From Camelus ferus (Eukaryota): DNA of 64,000 nt. Positions within the stretch are counted from its first letter, which is position 1. Each line of letters starts with the position of its first letter. A program made the translations under genes and the position numbers. The notes under the pieces were generated by a model. That model ran no database searches and had not been told where the DNA came from. It was given only the letters and a program-made list of their open reading frames with translations. The DNA lies in the NCBI RefSeq assembly GCF_009834535.1, contig NC_045696.1, forward strand, positions 7,938,001 to 8,002,000. The letters run 5' to 3'. Of the stretch, positions 37,251 to 50,489 are shown piece after piece.

Positions 37251-38069
37251 AACTGGCTCCTTCTCATCCGAGCAGCCTCACATGCTAGTTGGTGTCCATC
37301 TCAGCACCCTGTCCACTCCCTTCACTGGCCTTCGCAGAATGTGGAATTGTTTTCTCAGTTTGTACAGGCATTTTTTTGTGACTCCTCCATTAGACTCCAG
37401 GTCCATCAGTGCAGAGGTTTTGCCACTCACTGTTGTATGTGCAAGACCAGGCACAATCCTAGGCTAAACATAGTTCTGTATTTTAGTTGGATGGTAGCAG
37501 GTAAGGCAGGGGGCATGAGTGCTTCTTTGGAAAGTTAGCAAACCAGCACGGACTCACACTATGGTGAAAATGACTGCTACCTCAGCAAGTTCAAGGGCCT
37601 GAGGGTGGAGGGAAAAGGGCACCAGGACTTACTTGGGTCCTACACCACTAGCAGACTACCCAGCTAAAGAACATTCTTGGGAGAGACCTCAGCCCAGAAG
37701 CTGACTTTGGAGCTTGGGTTACATTCATTCAGTCTTTCATCCACCCTTCCACGTTGGCCAGGCCGCATTGGCATAGCAACCCTCCTCTTTCATGTACTCT
37801 TTCCATCTCAGCCACCTACTTTTTCCACTCCTGAAAGACCAAACTGCAAAGTCAAAGAAGTATGTGAAGGCCCAGGTCTTATGGGATTAAGAAATTCTAC
37901 CAGCACACACCTTGGAGTCCATGACTAGTTCTATGGGAGCATTTCAAGTAGGTGAGACTGGAGAAATGAGAACGTATAAAATAACAGGTGGAAATCCTAT
38001 AGGAAGCCATAGGAAATTATATCATAACACATTTTAAAGAATAGAGACTCCTTCTAATTAAAATGTAAT

Positions 38070-38765
38070 AATGACCCAGCAATTACACTCCTGGTTATAT
38101 ACTCAAAAATAACTGAAAACAGATATTTAAACAGATACTTGTACATGAATGTTCATGGCAGCATTATTCACAATAGCCAAAAGTTGGAAACAATCTAAAT
38201 GTCCATCAATAGATAAATGGATAAACAAAGTATGCTATATCCATACAATGGAATATTACTCGGCCACGAAAAGGAATAAGGTAATGAATACATGTTTTAA
38301 TGTAGATGAACCTCAAAGAAAACATGGTGAGGGAAAGAAGCCAGACACAAAAGGTCATATTTGTATGATTGCATTTATATGAAATTGCATGATGTCTTCA
38401 AGATTCATCCACATTGGGCACGTATCAGAACTTTATTTCTTTTTATGGCTGAATAATATTCCATTGTATAGGCAGATCACATGTGCTGTGTGTGTTCCCT
38501 ACTGGACTAGCCTATCCAGATTGGAGATTCCCAGGGATTGTGGGGGAGAATAACAGGGTATGACTGCTTAATGGGTATGGTGTTTCCTTTTGGAGTGATT
38601 AAAATATTTTGGAACTAAATAGATGTAGTGGTTGCACAATTTGTTTAAATATACTAAAGGACACTGAGTTGTATACTTTAAAATGGTTAATTTAACTTAC
38701 CACAATTTTTAAAATGGTTAATTTTATGTTATGTGAATTTTATCTCAATTTTTAAAAAAAAAATA
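38070..38765 (+). mobile_element. L1 3' end (L1MB-like) containing an inverted L1 segment
   Basis: ATGACCCAGCAATTACACTCCT, ATGTTCATGGCAGCATTATTCACAATAGCCAAAA, ATGTGAATTTTATCTCAAT plus A-tail; 38388-38507 is antisense. Confidence 0.85.
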
Positions 38766-40362
38766 TAATAGTAGATGGCTCTCCACGGCTATTTCCAGGG
38801 AGGAAGAGAGTATTAACAGACTAAGGCTGCAGTTGGACAAGGTGGAAAGGACGCTGACTGCTCCCACTGTTCCATCCTTAACACTCACTTAGAAAGAGAA
38901 TCTCTAAGTGATGGCATTGACTGAGGGGGGACCCAATGAATAAAACAGAGAAAGGATTTTTCAGTTGTTTGTGATGGAGTACAAGATGTAACTCCCTCCT
39001 CTGTCTCCCCTACGAAACCTTCAGTAAAATCTGTGAAATCACTAATGCTTTCGGGCAACGAGGAATGTTTGGAGGGAAGTTGAAGAAGCACTGAGTTCTA
39101 CATCTGGGTTGGCAGGGCAGGGAACACACATAACACACACGCACTTAGGAGCAAAAGGACAAGAGAATAATTGATAACTGAGTTCCATGAGAAATAAAAC
39201 TTTATTTAGGATGAAACTAAGAAAAGCTTCAACCTCTTACCTTAAACTTCAAAGACTATTGGCCAGGTGTGCGTGAGAAAGGCCATGTCAGGATCATGCA
39301 CACCAATGCCCAGCTTGCGAGGACAGTGAATGTCAACAGAGAAAGAGAAGGAAACTCCAAAAGGATCTCCCTCTCCTCAAAACCCCCGCTGCTTCTTGAA
39401 AGAGCTGGGAAAGGCATGAGTTGGCTGGGAAAGAACAGGAAAACCCTCACTTAGAACAGTTCTTCCACTGCACATCAGCAAGTGCAGCAAGGCTCAAAGA
39501 AAAGGCTCTCAACTAAAGCAGCATCAAGCTTTTCCCCAGCTCTGGTCTTCTTTATCTGCTCTTCCTTCTACCTGGAAGGCTCTCTCCCTAAATCTTCAAA
39601 CAGCTTATTCCTTCCCTTCATTCATGGTCCTGCTCAAATGTCAACTTCTTACAGAGGAGCTTCTTTCTTAACTGGGAAGATCTGGGAGCTGCAGACAAGT
39701 GGCAATTGTTGGATAAAAATAAGTGCTAATAGACAAAAAAAAAAAAAAAGAATCTTACAAACCAGGCTACAAGGCGTCACTCCAACTCAGCTTTTCACAC
39801 CAATGCAGGCAGAGGAACAAACTGAAATCCAAGGGTAACCCCATGTGCACAGAACAAGATAAGACATCAATGCAGTTTCCAATGGAGTCAACACATTCAG
39901 AGGGAAAGCACAGGGCCAGAAGTTCCAGAATGCGGCTGCCCATAACCTTGGTCCTCCTTCCAGACCCTTGAGCAATGGAAGATCTAAACAGAATAGAAAT
40001 TATTAACATTTCACCTTCCAGAATAAGCACTAAGAGGAGGTTTCAAACAGTGCTCAGGAAAACACAGGAAAGGGAAATTCCACCTATATTATTTCTGAGC
40101 AATCAAGATAATAAATACTTCCATCATCTCCAGAAGTTTAGTTAAATTGTATATGTGCAGTTTCGTGTACTTCAATTATACCTCAGTAAAACTGGAAAAA
40201 ATTTAGTTAAAAATGTAATCTGTTTGAGAGTTAAAATAAAAATAAATAACTCAGAAGTGGAGAAGTCATAGGGTAAAACATCAGCTTTGAGTCTTGAATC
40301 TATTAAATATGAATTACCTCTAAATAAGGTAGAAATTCTAATTACAGGAATATAATTGTTTT

Positions 40363-40512
40363 GGGGGGGAAGGTATAGCTCAAGTGGTAAAGAACACGCT
40401 TAGCATGCATGAGGTCAGGGGTTCAATCCCCAGTACCTCCTCTAAGAATAAATAAATACCACATAAACCTAATTACCTCCCCCAACCAAAAAAAAAAAAA
40501 AAAAAAAAAAAA
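40363..40512 (+). mobile_element. tRNA-derived SINE (vic-1-like), young copy
   Basis: GTATAGCTCAAGTGGTA..GGTTCAATCCCCAGTACCTCC, pure A-tail of ~25 nt, perfect 15-bp TSD GAATATAATTGTTTT (40348-40362 / 40513-40527). Confidence 0.93.
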
Positions 40513-41300
40513 GAATATAATTGTTTTAATTCCTGGAAAAGAGGAAACTATTTAATTATTTTTAAATGACAGTAATATAAAGTAGGACAAAATCGCCAGA
40601 AGGAGTGAATAAAATTGGGGAAGAGGAGAACAGGTGGCCCCAGAGTACTAATTTTCTCATCTTTCATATGAGAAACTAAAGAGGGTTGGTTGTGTGACCG
40701 AGACGGGTATGTTGTGAAAAATAGGCTTAAGTATATTATTTAAAGTTATAAAGGTAAATACTGAAACCCAAACAGACTATATGCCTTCTACATTCAAAGG
40801 GGAAAAAAAATCAACATAGCAAATGGTTAGAAACAGAAAAAAATAAAAAGGAAATATTAAAAATACACACACAAATATGTTTTCAGTTAAATGTAATCAT
40901 TTATAATATAACCAGATAAACATACTAAAAGGTAAAAATTCTCTTACTGGATTTAAAAAATCTAAGTATATGCCCATATATTAAGACAAAATGACTTAGC
41001 GAAGCTGGAAGTAAAATTACAAACAAAATGGTAGGTAAATGATGAGTAAAATGATGGCAAATAAAAAGAAATCAAGGGAAGGTGTCTAATATTAATATCA
41101 AAGAAACTTGAATTCAAGGAAAATTCACTAAGTTATCCACAAGGGTCATTTCATTAGGATGAATTTCATAATCCACAATGAAAAGACCTCTCTCATGCAC
41201 TGGAAAAAAACTGGCAGAAACACATTACTAGCAAGATATTTTAACTCACTATTATCAAGTAAGACCAAACAAGATAAAACAAAGCAAAACAAAACCAAGA

Positions 41301-41326
<26 letters not shown>
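41301..41326. repeat. (AC)13 microsatellite
   Basis: Direct read. Confidence 0.95.
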
Positions 41327-41332
<6 letters not shown>

Positions 41333-42524
41333 ATAAAGTTGGTCTGAATCATAGGATGAACAAGATTGATCGTATAAATATATGTCTAATTCTGCATCCT
41401 AAAAAGAAAAAATACAGCACACGGTCTTTTCAAAAACACTAGCAGACTAACACAATTTTACAATATATTAGATCACAAAGAAAACCTCAATAACTTCCAA
41501 GAAGTGAAATAGAAACCACATTCTAAAGCTATAATAAAACTAAAAATAATAAAGTTGAAGCAAAAAAAATATTAATACCCAAGCTATCGGAAATGTAAAA
41601 AAAAGTCTGTTTTTCCTTGTTTCAAAGAGGAAATCAAACTAGAACTGTAGCCTATCTAGGAAATTACAATAATGAGGATATTATATATCAAACCCCAGAG
41701 AGAGGGTCAAAGCTGAAGGCAAAGTAATAATCATATCCTTAAACACTTCATGCAAAAATGAATCAAGCATTTCGGTGGGGGAGGGCCTCGAAAAATTAAT
41801 ACAAAACTTAATGAAAACATAAAGGGGAAAGAAACCAGAAGAATTGATAATGAATTCAAGATTTAGGGGTTTTGAAAAGCAAAGTCAAAAGATCACAAAC
41901 TAGCTTGATCACTTTTTTAAAAAAAGACAGGGATGAGAGAACACAAATACATAAAATCAGGATTAAGGAAGGGAAATAATTATGAAACAATACTTTTGGC
42001 AACTCTTGCCAGTTAATGGTCTTCTGGGAAAGTACCTCTTACTAAAACTAGACTGCAGAATAGATGGGAAGGCTAACCCTGCGATTTGGGTTAAAATGGT
42101 AAAAGCTGTCAATGAACTATTCCCCCCCACCCCCCCAAAAAAGCCTCATGCTCAGATGGTTTGATGGCAACGCTTTCGAACTTTGAAAGGATCGTTGCTT
42201 TCACGGAAATTGAAACTATTTAAGGCCATAGAGAAAGAAGGAAAGAATCTGGATTCTTTCAGGTGCTAATTATTTGCCTACCATTTCTGAGGTCTAAAAA
42301 AACTACCCTTCTGTGGTTGACTAGACACAGGGACTGGGACCCCTTTGCCATACAGATTCCAGCAGGAGGCGCTAGAGGGAAATGAGCTTCAGTAACTGCA
42401 GTCAGTTCTAACCCCAGGTCCCTTGGCTCTCCCTGCACCAGCCTCATGGCACCTCCTCAGAGTGAAATGGTGGCCAAGTAGAGCCCCTCCTCAGAGGTCT
42501 AAACTCTGGCTCCAAGAGGCCCCA

Positions 42525-43075
42525 GAGAGATTCAGTTATACATATAAATACATACATTTTTTTTCAGTTTCTTTTCCATTACAGCTCATTGTAAGAAATT
42601 GAATATAGTTCCCTGTGCTATACAGTAGGTTCTTGTTGTTTATCTGTTTTATATATAGTAATGTATATCTATTAATCCCAAACTCCTAATTGATCTCTCT
42701 CTCCCCACCTTTTCCCCCTGGTAACCACAGTTAGTTTTCTATGTCCATGAGTCTATTTCTATAAAAATTTGTATTTTTTTTTAAAGATTCCACATATTAG
42801 TGACCTAATACGATATTTGTCTTTCTCTGTCTGACTTACTTCACTTAATATGATAATCTGTAGGTCCAGCCATGTTGCTGCAGATGGCATTACTACAATC
42901 TTTTTTATGGCTGAGTAGTATTCCACTGCGTAAACATATCACATCCTCTTTACCTATTTATCTGTCGATGGACATTTAGGTTGCTTCTATGTCTTGGCTA
43001 TTGTAAATAGTGCTGCTGTGAACATTGGGGTCCATGTGTCTTTTGGAATTAGAATTTTTTCCAAATATATGCCTT
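42525..43075 (-). mobile_element. L1 3'-end fragment (cetartiodactyl-type)
   Basis: GATTCAGTTATACATAT, TTGAATATAGTTCCCTGTGCTATACAGTAGG, GATGGACATTTAGGTTGCTTC. Confidence 0.88.
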
Positions 43076-43654
43076 CTCACACCTTATTAGAGCCTTTTGT
43101 CTTTTTTGAATTTTGAACTATGAGGTTTCAAAAATAAATAAATAAATTTAAGGTTAAAAAATAAAAATGTTTCTAAAACTTGAAAAGTAGTAAAATAGGA
43201 TTAGATTGATCTTTCTTTAAAATGATTTTTTTTTATGCACATGTGTGGCACAGACACACATTTTAAGTATAAAGCAAGGGGACACACCTCCATTGTTGAA
43301 CATTATTCCAAAAGTGTTGAACTATAATGTTGAACAAGAGAATCAATGAGAGAAATAAATGGTTGAAAATAGGAGGGAACATTATATTTATTTCCTGATA
43401 ACATGGTTGAATGCCTAGAAAATCTAGTTCAATAAGATGGATGGTTAAAAAATAAATAAATAGATAGATGATAGATAGGTAGGTAGGTAGGTAGACAGAT
43501 AAAAATAGGTTAAAAGCTTTCCTATCACAAGCAATAACCATTGTATTAAGATCAGGCAAGATCCAGTTAAGAATATAGAAACTGCACCCAGTTATTATGG
43601 GAGGGTAGTTAATATAAGGAAATAGTTGGAGAATAGAAAAGGTGAAAAGAGGAC

Positions 43655-44192
43655 TGTGGTAGGCAAAAGAAAGTCCCCTAGAGATGTCCACAACATAATA
43701 CCCAAAGCCTATGCATACGGAAGCACACAAGGCGAGGGCGCACTGAGGTTGCAGGTGGAGCTGAGGTTGCTAGTCAGCTGACCTAAAGTAGGGACAGTTG
43801 GCGGGTTATCCAGGTGGGCCCCATGGATTCACAAGAGTCTTTGTAAGTAGAGGAGGGAGGCCGAAGAGGCACAATAAGCAAGATGGCAGCTTGAGGAGGA
43901 GTTAGCCCTGTGTTACTCCTGGCTTTGAAGATGGACAAGGGGCCATGGGGCCATGGGGCCATGAGCCCAGGAATGCAGGTGGCACCTAGAAGCTGGAAAA
44001 GACAAGGAAACGGATTCTCCCCCAGAGCCTCCGGGAGGAACCAGCTCTGCCAGCACCTTGGTTTCCAGCTGGGGAGAGCGGCATTGGACTCCTAACCTCC
44101 CGAACTGTAAGATAACAACTTTGTGATGTTTTAAGCTACTGCATTTGTGATCCTCTGTTGCATGCCACAGGAAGCCGGTACTGAACGAATAC
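43655..44192 (+). mobile_element. MaLR solo LTR (MLT1D-like)
   Basis: TGTGGTAGGCA.., GCTAGTCAGCTGACCT, TGGCTTTGAAGATGGA, CTAGAAGCTGGAAAAG, ends AATACA. Confidence 0.85.
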
Positions 44193-44533
44193 AGAGAAAG
44201 TAAATGCAGGAGGCAGCGGTCCCTTGCAGGGCAGGGAGGCACGGGAAGCGCTGAGAGGTTTGGAAGCTCAGAGGACAGGTCTGCAGAGCTGGGGCGCAGA
44301 ACACTGGGGGCTGAGCTGTTACTCTGGGATCTTCGAGGGCTCCAAAGGGGCTGGCTCAGGGCATACAGACTGGCACCAACCACCCTGTGAGGGTGAGGGC
44401 CACACAAGGCGATGCCAACAGGACAGCAAAGGAAGGGGCAGGTTGGTCTCCCTGCAGCCCTGCAGTATCCCTCCTCCCTCCCTCCCTCAGCACCTAATGC
44501 ACGATCAGATCGGCTTTCAAAGGAGAAACCTAA

Positions 44534-45380
44534 AGTGGGCATCCTGGTCTCGTTCCTGATCTCAGAGGAAAAGCTTTCCATTTTTCTCCTTTGAGTATAA
44601 TGTTCGTTGTGGTTTGTTGTAACTGTGTTAAGGTATGTTCCTTCTATACCCAATCTGCTGAGGGTTTTTAATCATGAAAGGATGTTGCATTTTGTCAAAT
44701 GCTTTTTCTGCATCTATTGAGATGATCGCGTGATTTTTATCTTTCATTTTATTAATGCAATGATTGTATTTATTGATTTGTATATGTTGCATTCCAGGGA
44801 TGAATCCCACTTGGTCACAGTGTATAATCCTTTCTATGTGTTCTCGAATTCGGTTTTGCCAATATTTTGTTGAGAATTTTCCCGTCTATAGTCATTAGGG
44901 ATATTGGTCTACAGTTTTGTTTTGTTTTGTTTTTCCCTTGTGATGTCATTATCTGGCTTTGTTGTCAGAGCAATGCTGGCCTCGTGAAAGGAGTTTGGAA
45001 GTATTACCTCCTCCTCAATTTTTTGGGAGAGTGTGAGAAGGATCGGTGTTAATTCTTCTTTGATGTTTGGTAGAATTTGCCGAGGAAGCCATCTGGTCCT
45101 GAGGTTCTCTGTGTTGGGCGGTTTTTGATTTCTGGTTTAATCTCTTTTCTCATTTGGTCTCACCACTCTTTTCGAGACAGTGCTTCATGTCCTAGCTAGA
45201 AGGATTAGGCAAGACAAAGAAATAAAAGACATCCAAATCAGGAAAGAAGAAGGAGACTGTTGTTATTTGCAGATGATATGACTCTGTATACAGAAAGTCT
45301 CAACCAAAAAAAAAAAAAACTGTTGAAACTAATCAATGATTTCAGTAAAGTTGGAGGATACAAAATCAACATTTCTAGAG
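44534..45380 (+). mobile_element. L1 ORF2 (RT region) fragment with 5' inversion
   Basis: 44534-45160 is antisense RT ([20 protein letters not shown]). 45159-45380 is sense RT (LFADDM motif). Confidence 0.88.
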
Positions 45381-45955
45381 AAATCAGTTTCAGATGGATT
45401 TTCCATCACTGGCAACAGAAACACACCCTAACTGATATGTAAAGCTGCAGTAATTAAAACAGTTTTGTACACAGCCATAGACAATCCATGGATAGAATTA
45501 TGAGACAAGAGAGAATAGAGAAAGAGATTCGTCCACATACGGAAACATGTTAAATAATAAAAGTGACTGGCCAACTGACTGTTGGAAAATAAAGCTTGGT
45601 TTTCAACCCCACTTCTGGCACCAAAATAAAATCTCAAATAGGTCAAAGATTCACTTTAAAAAGAAACTATAAAACCTACAAGACAAGGAGTGAATGTTTT
45701 TATAGTCTTGGGGTGACAAAGGCCTTTCTAAGCAGACAGGGGAAAAGCAAGAAATTTAACTATATATAATGTAGAAGTTAAAGTTGGCAAAAATAACACT
45801 TAAAAATCAAGATAAGCCATAAACTGGAAAAAAAATGTAATATGTGTATAAAGGAGCTGTGATAAATCGACAAGAAAAAAACTGAAAAGAAAAATGGGGA
45901 AAATATAGGAATACAAATGGATGACTTAAAAAGAAATTAAAGAAATTCAAACAAG

Positions 45956-46164
45956 ATTTTTTTTTAAGTTTTCATTGACATGTAGTTGATTTACAATGCT
46001 AGTTACTGGTACACAGCAAAGTGATTCACTTATACATACACTTATATGTATATATTTTCTTTTCCAACTCTTTTCCATTTTCTGTTATTATAAGAAATTG
46101 AATATAGTTCCCTGTGCTCTACAGTAGGTCCATGTTGTTTGTTTTATACATAGTAATGTGTGTC
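45956..46164 (-). mobile_element. Short L1 3'-end insertion within older L1 fragments
   Basis: T-tail, GTAGTTGATTTACAATG, TTGAATATAGTTCCCTGTGCT; possible TSD TTCAAACAAG (45946-45955) / TTCAAATAAG (46165-46174). Confidence 0.8.
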
Positions 46165-46519
46165 TTCAAATAAGGTATTTGAATAATAATTTGATATTTG
46201 ATTTTAAATAAGATAGTTTCCAGCTATCAGCTTACCAAAGATTTCACTTTACATTAAACTGACAGACACACTGTAGGTGGGGGTGTAACCATTTGGTAGA
46301 CGGTTGACAATGCGGATTACATACAATTTGACTTATGCGTCTCTTTGACTCACTAGTTTCTGGGCTTTACCCAAAAGGAATCCTTGCACATATTAGCAAA
46401 AATAATGCACAAGATATTCTTCATAGCATTTTCTTCATTAGCCAAAAAAAGAGAGAGAGAAAAGAAATGATCAGCTGTGCGTGACTGGGGGAATGCATGC
46501 CAAGTCCACTACACAGCTA

Positions 46520-47030
46520 TTAAAAGCTCTTCCCAGAGTCACAAACGGCCTCACTTTGCCAAAACCACTGGTCCATTTTCAGTCCTTATCTTACTCACCG
46601 TCGCAACAGCCACGTCACCCGATGGACCACCCCCTTCTGCTGGAAGCCTCTTCCTTTGGCCCGAGGACACTGCAGCCACCTGGTCCCCCTCCTGCTCACC
46701 ACTGCCTCTAGTGCAGACACTTTTGCTCTTCTTCCCTCCCAGACTCAGACCTCTGTCCTTGACTCTCTCTTCCTTCCTGGATGAATTCATCCTGTCCACG
46801 AGTTTAAAATTTCGTTCATATGCTGCTTTTTCTCAACTCTGTATCTCCCCAGAGCGCCAGACATGCACATCGCACAGCCTCCTTGATTTCTCCACTCGGG
46901 CGTCTCACAGGCATCTCAAACAACACAACTGGAAGAGAAGCGTTGCTCCCCAAACCCCAGGCGTCCCTCATCTCAGCACACTGTATCTTTGGCCTCAGTC
47001 CGCCAGTCCTAGAACCTAGTGTCATTCTTG
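46520..47030. mobile_element. L2 LINE fossil
   Basis: GGTCCATTTTCAGTCCTTATCTTACT, CTCCTTGATTTCTCCACTCGGGCGTCTCACAGGCATCTCAAAC. Confidence 0.65.
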
Positions 47031-49365
47031 TTTCCATCTTTTTACAACAATTAGACAGTAAGACGCTGAGAAGGATGATGCTACTAGTTGTGGACCTGTT
47101 ACCATTTCTACTATTTTTTTCTTAGTAACAGAATTTTGTTTGAGGGTAGCAATGTGTCTAGATAAACATATTTATATTTCCTAGCCTCCTTTACATCTAG
47201 ATTTGGGCCAATTAAATATAAGTGGAAGTTGCTAAGGCTTCCAGAAAGTCATTTTAGCAGCTTTTCATCAATACCTGGAACACAGATGCGACACTGGAGT
47301 TGTGCAGCCTCCTTGTGAGCTGAGGCAGCATACATGACATAGTTGCTTTTTATGTTTAAATCCTTCAACTATCTGATACTCAAATATATATAGTAAGTTG
47401 CCCTTTCAAAGCCACAATTTGAAGTTTACTTGATGAGTTATTTGTCCAGGAGACCGATACTAGCCATCCTCGTGTTCCTGCATTCCTGGTCTGACTTCTG
47501 GCTCCTCCTAAATTGGAAATCATCTGCAAACAGTCAGTTAGCTGCAAACAGACTTATCAATGTCCCCAAAGCCCAGCAAACCATAGGATCCTCTCCCATT
47601 TCCTTCATCTTTCTGAATGCCAGTCTGCTGCAGAGTGATTTTTTTAAAAGGAGAGAAAGAAAATTCATTAATCTGAGAGCTGTCCAACCGTCCAACAGTT
47701 GATACCATCTCTGATCCCCAGGTTGGAAAACGGGGGGCCAATGACAGACTATGCAGGAGCAACCCCAACTGTAACTGGTTATGAAGCTCATAAATAAGCA
47801 CTTCCAGGCACCCGGTGGGGCAGCTGCAGCGTTTCGTGTTTCAGAATGTCGTTGTCAGTGGGGCCCATTTGTAAAAGCACTTTTTCCACTGAGCATTAGC
47901 ACCACTGAGTGGGAGGGGAGGTCTCAGTCAATCCGTTGGACCTGTTACAAGGGAACAAAAAAAGAGCCTTTCAACTAGGCATTCCATTGACTTTTAACAC
48001 ATGCCGGCCACCACCTTTTGGGTTTTTTTTGCATTTCCACAGTAATTTCCTTTCTTTACCCTACTTTTTATCTCCAAAGGTACATTTTTTTCTAAATGGA
48101 CTAAATCAATAAGTCTGTGAAAGGCTGAGTCCATAGCAGGATATGGGGGACTTGTTGGCCGCGGGGCAGGAAATGTACTTGCCAGGGAGCCGATAAAGCA
48201 ATCTCTCTTTTGAGGTGTGCTTTTGAATTGGGGAAACAGCCTGAGTCTGTCTGGCAAGAGGAGTAACATTCAGCAGCCCCAGCCCTCTGCAGGATGCTTC
48301 GGTGCAGACGCAAGTCTCAGCAGGATAGCCTAGAAGGTGTCAGTGATAGGCGGGGAGGCCGCGGGCAGGGAGAGCCTGGGTTATATATCGCTCCCTGTGC
48401 CTGCGGCTTGTCGGGCTCTACAACCATCTGGCTAATTCTTGGAAACCTCTCTCTCCTGAACCAGAACTTTGGCTTCCGTTTGATCTTGGTTCTTCCAGAA
48501 GGAGCTACCTAGGTATAAGATGGGCCAGTGTGAGTTAAAACCCCGGACAGCATCACTGGGACTTACTCAGCAGAGGTCATCCTTGTGTTTAAGACACAGA
48601 GAAAATAAAAATAACTCTGTTTGCTCCCAGCTGCAGGGCCCGAGTGCAGGTGCAGTCTCCAGTTTGGGCGTGGGGTAAGGGAAGGGAAAGCCCCACAGGC
48701 AACAGAATGTGTCCCCTTTGAGGCTGTGCTTCTCCCTGGCAGAGTCCCCCACATTTCGGGCTGGATGCTGGTAACAGTAGCTCCTGACTCCCGTGGACAT
48801 TAAGATGCTGGGGCTCAGGTTTCCTCCTCTGTAAATGAGGCTCCGACAGAGCAACTCCAAAGTCCTGGCCAACTCCCAACATTCTCTGGCTGCAACCCTT
48901 CCTATTTCATCCTCCGGGGGCAAGGAGAAAAGGAAGGGGGTTGGAGGGACAGGGAGCAGCTCCGAGGGCCCCTTAGGATGCCCTACATCTCGGCCTCTAG
49001 ATGGGAGATTGTCAAGCACAGAATCACTGTGTCCAGGCAGACAGATCCACAGACTGACCTTTGGAAGAACCAGACCTGCCACTGGGCCTGAGCTTTCCTA
49101 CATCCCCAGATCAGCGAGGTCTGGAAGGAAACTGCAGGAGTCTTCTCTGTGTTGTTTTTTTTTCCCTCTGTGTTTTGAATGCAGGTGACCTTCCTCTTAG
49201 GATGCTTGAATGGGAACTGACCTAAGCAAACCACTGTTCCTGCTGGCAATGTTTAGAGCCAATAGGGGCCACATGACCAAGCCCAAGCACCAGGGACGGG
49301 GACATGGGTAGGGTGGTGGTAAGGGAATGGGTGAGCGGAAGGGTATATTGCAGGTAGATGGTGCA

Positions 49366-49410
49366 CGGATGGATGGATGGATGGAGGGAGGGAGGGAGAG
49401 AGGGAGGGAT
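49366..49410. repeat. (GGAT)n/(GGGA)n simple repeat
   Basis: Direct read. Confidence 0.85.
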
Positions 49411-49709
49411 ACTGGTCGGAACTGTGGCTGGGTCTTGGCAGGTGGGTAGGCGGGTGAATGAGTGAGTAGCTACAGTAAAGATGTCATTTTCATAATAGCT
49501 TTTGGAGAAAGTGACCAATGTTGACGACGATTCCAGCAAATTCTCTGGCTAAAAGAGCAGCTTGGGAGACAAGAGTCCCTCACTGTTCTAATGTCTTTCA
49601 GCTTCTGAGCTCACTCCGCACAGGCCCGGGCTCTTCAGCTGGGTTTTCCTCATTTCCCAGCTGCCGTCTGTATGGTCATATGACACTGCCCTTCTTACCC
49701 TCATGGACC

Positions 49710-50130
49710 ATTCATTCATTCAACAGCTATTTATTCACTGTCTAGCTTTTCTCAGGCACCAAACAGCATGTCGGTTCTATTTTCCTTTTCCAAATAAAAG
49801 GGAAATGCTGACAGTCTAGAGTAAGCGGACCAAAAGCAGACAAGCAAATGAGTGTGTAATCATACATTGTGACCAATGCTGTGAAGAGAACGAACATGAA
49901 GTAGAGAGAATGGCAGGTGGGTCTCAGCCAGAAAGAGGCCAGCGGGGACCTCCTGAGGAGGAGAGGTTGCAGCCAAGACCTGAAGTCCTGCAAAGAGCCA
50001 GACAAGGGGAGAGCAAGGAAGGGGCCTCCAGGCACAGGACACAGCCTGTGCAAAGGCCCTCAGCAGGGAAAGAACTGGGTGTTCAGGGGCAGATGGGAAG
50101 CCAGCATGGCTGAACTGTGATGACCAGGCT
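49710..50130. mobile_element. L2 3'-end fossil
   Basis: ATTCATTCATTCAACAGCTATTTATT, ACAGCCTGTGCAAAGGCCCT, CCAGCATGGCTG. Confidence 0.7.
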
Positions 50131-50489
50131 GACCTCACATCCTGGTGTGCTGGGACCATGCTAGGTGATGCCTGTTGTCCCAGCACATCTGCCCAAAGTG
50201 CCCTGGTTTGGACAATCTAATTCATGGTCATCTTGATAAGCAAGAGGGAAATGATAAGAAACAGGTCGGAGGGGAGTGTGGTTGCCAAGCATGCAGGCTG
50301 TGCAAGGAATTCTGTTTATTGTACGTGAGCTGAGAAGCCACTGGATGGGGTGTCTGTAACCTTCCCCAGGTACCATATGCCCTTCACAAAGGCAGCTGGG
50401 AAGTTCAAGACCAGGAATGTCCATCTGTTCATAACTCAAAATATATTTATTGGGCATATCAGACACTACGCTAGGCATTGGGGATTTAA

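Larger units (their letters stand above)
39700..42250 (+). mobile_element. Old, heavily decayed L1 (ORF1 end / ORF2 start)
   Basis: A-rich plus strand with ORF2-like ATATTAATATCAAAG and ATATATTAGATCACAAAGAAAACCTCAATAAC; interrupted by a SINE and an (AC)n tract. Confidence 0.65.

Noticed and set aside
43913..44653. 246-aa minus-strand ORF
   Set aside because: Chance chimera of frameshifted L1 ORF2, unique sequence and an MLT1 LTR.
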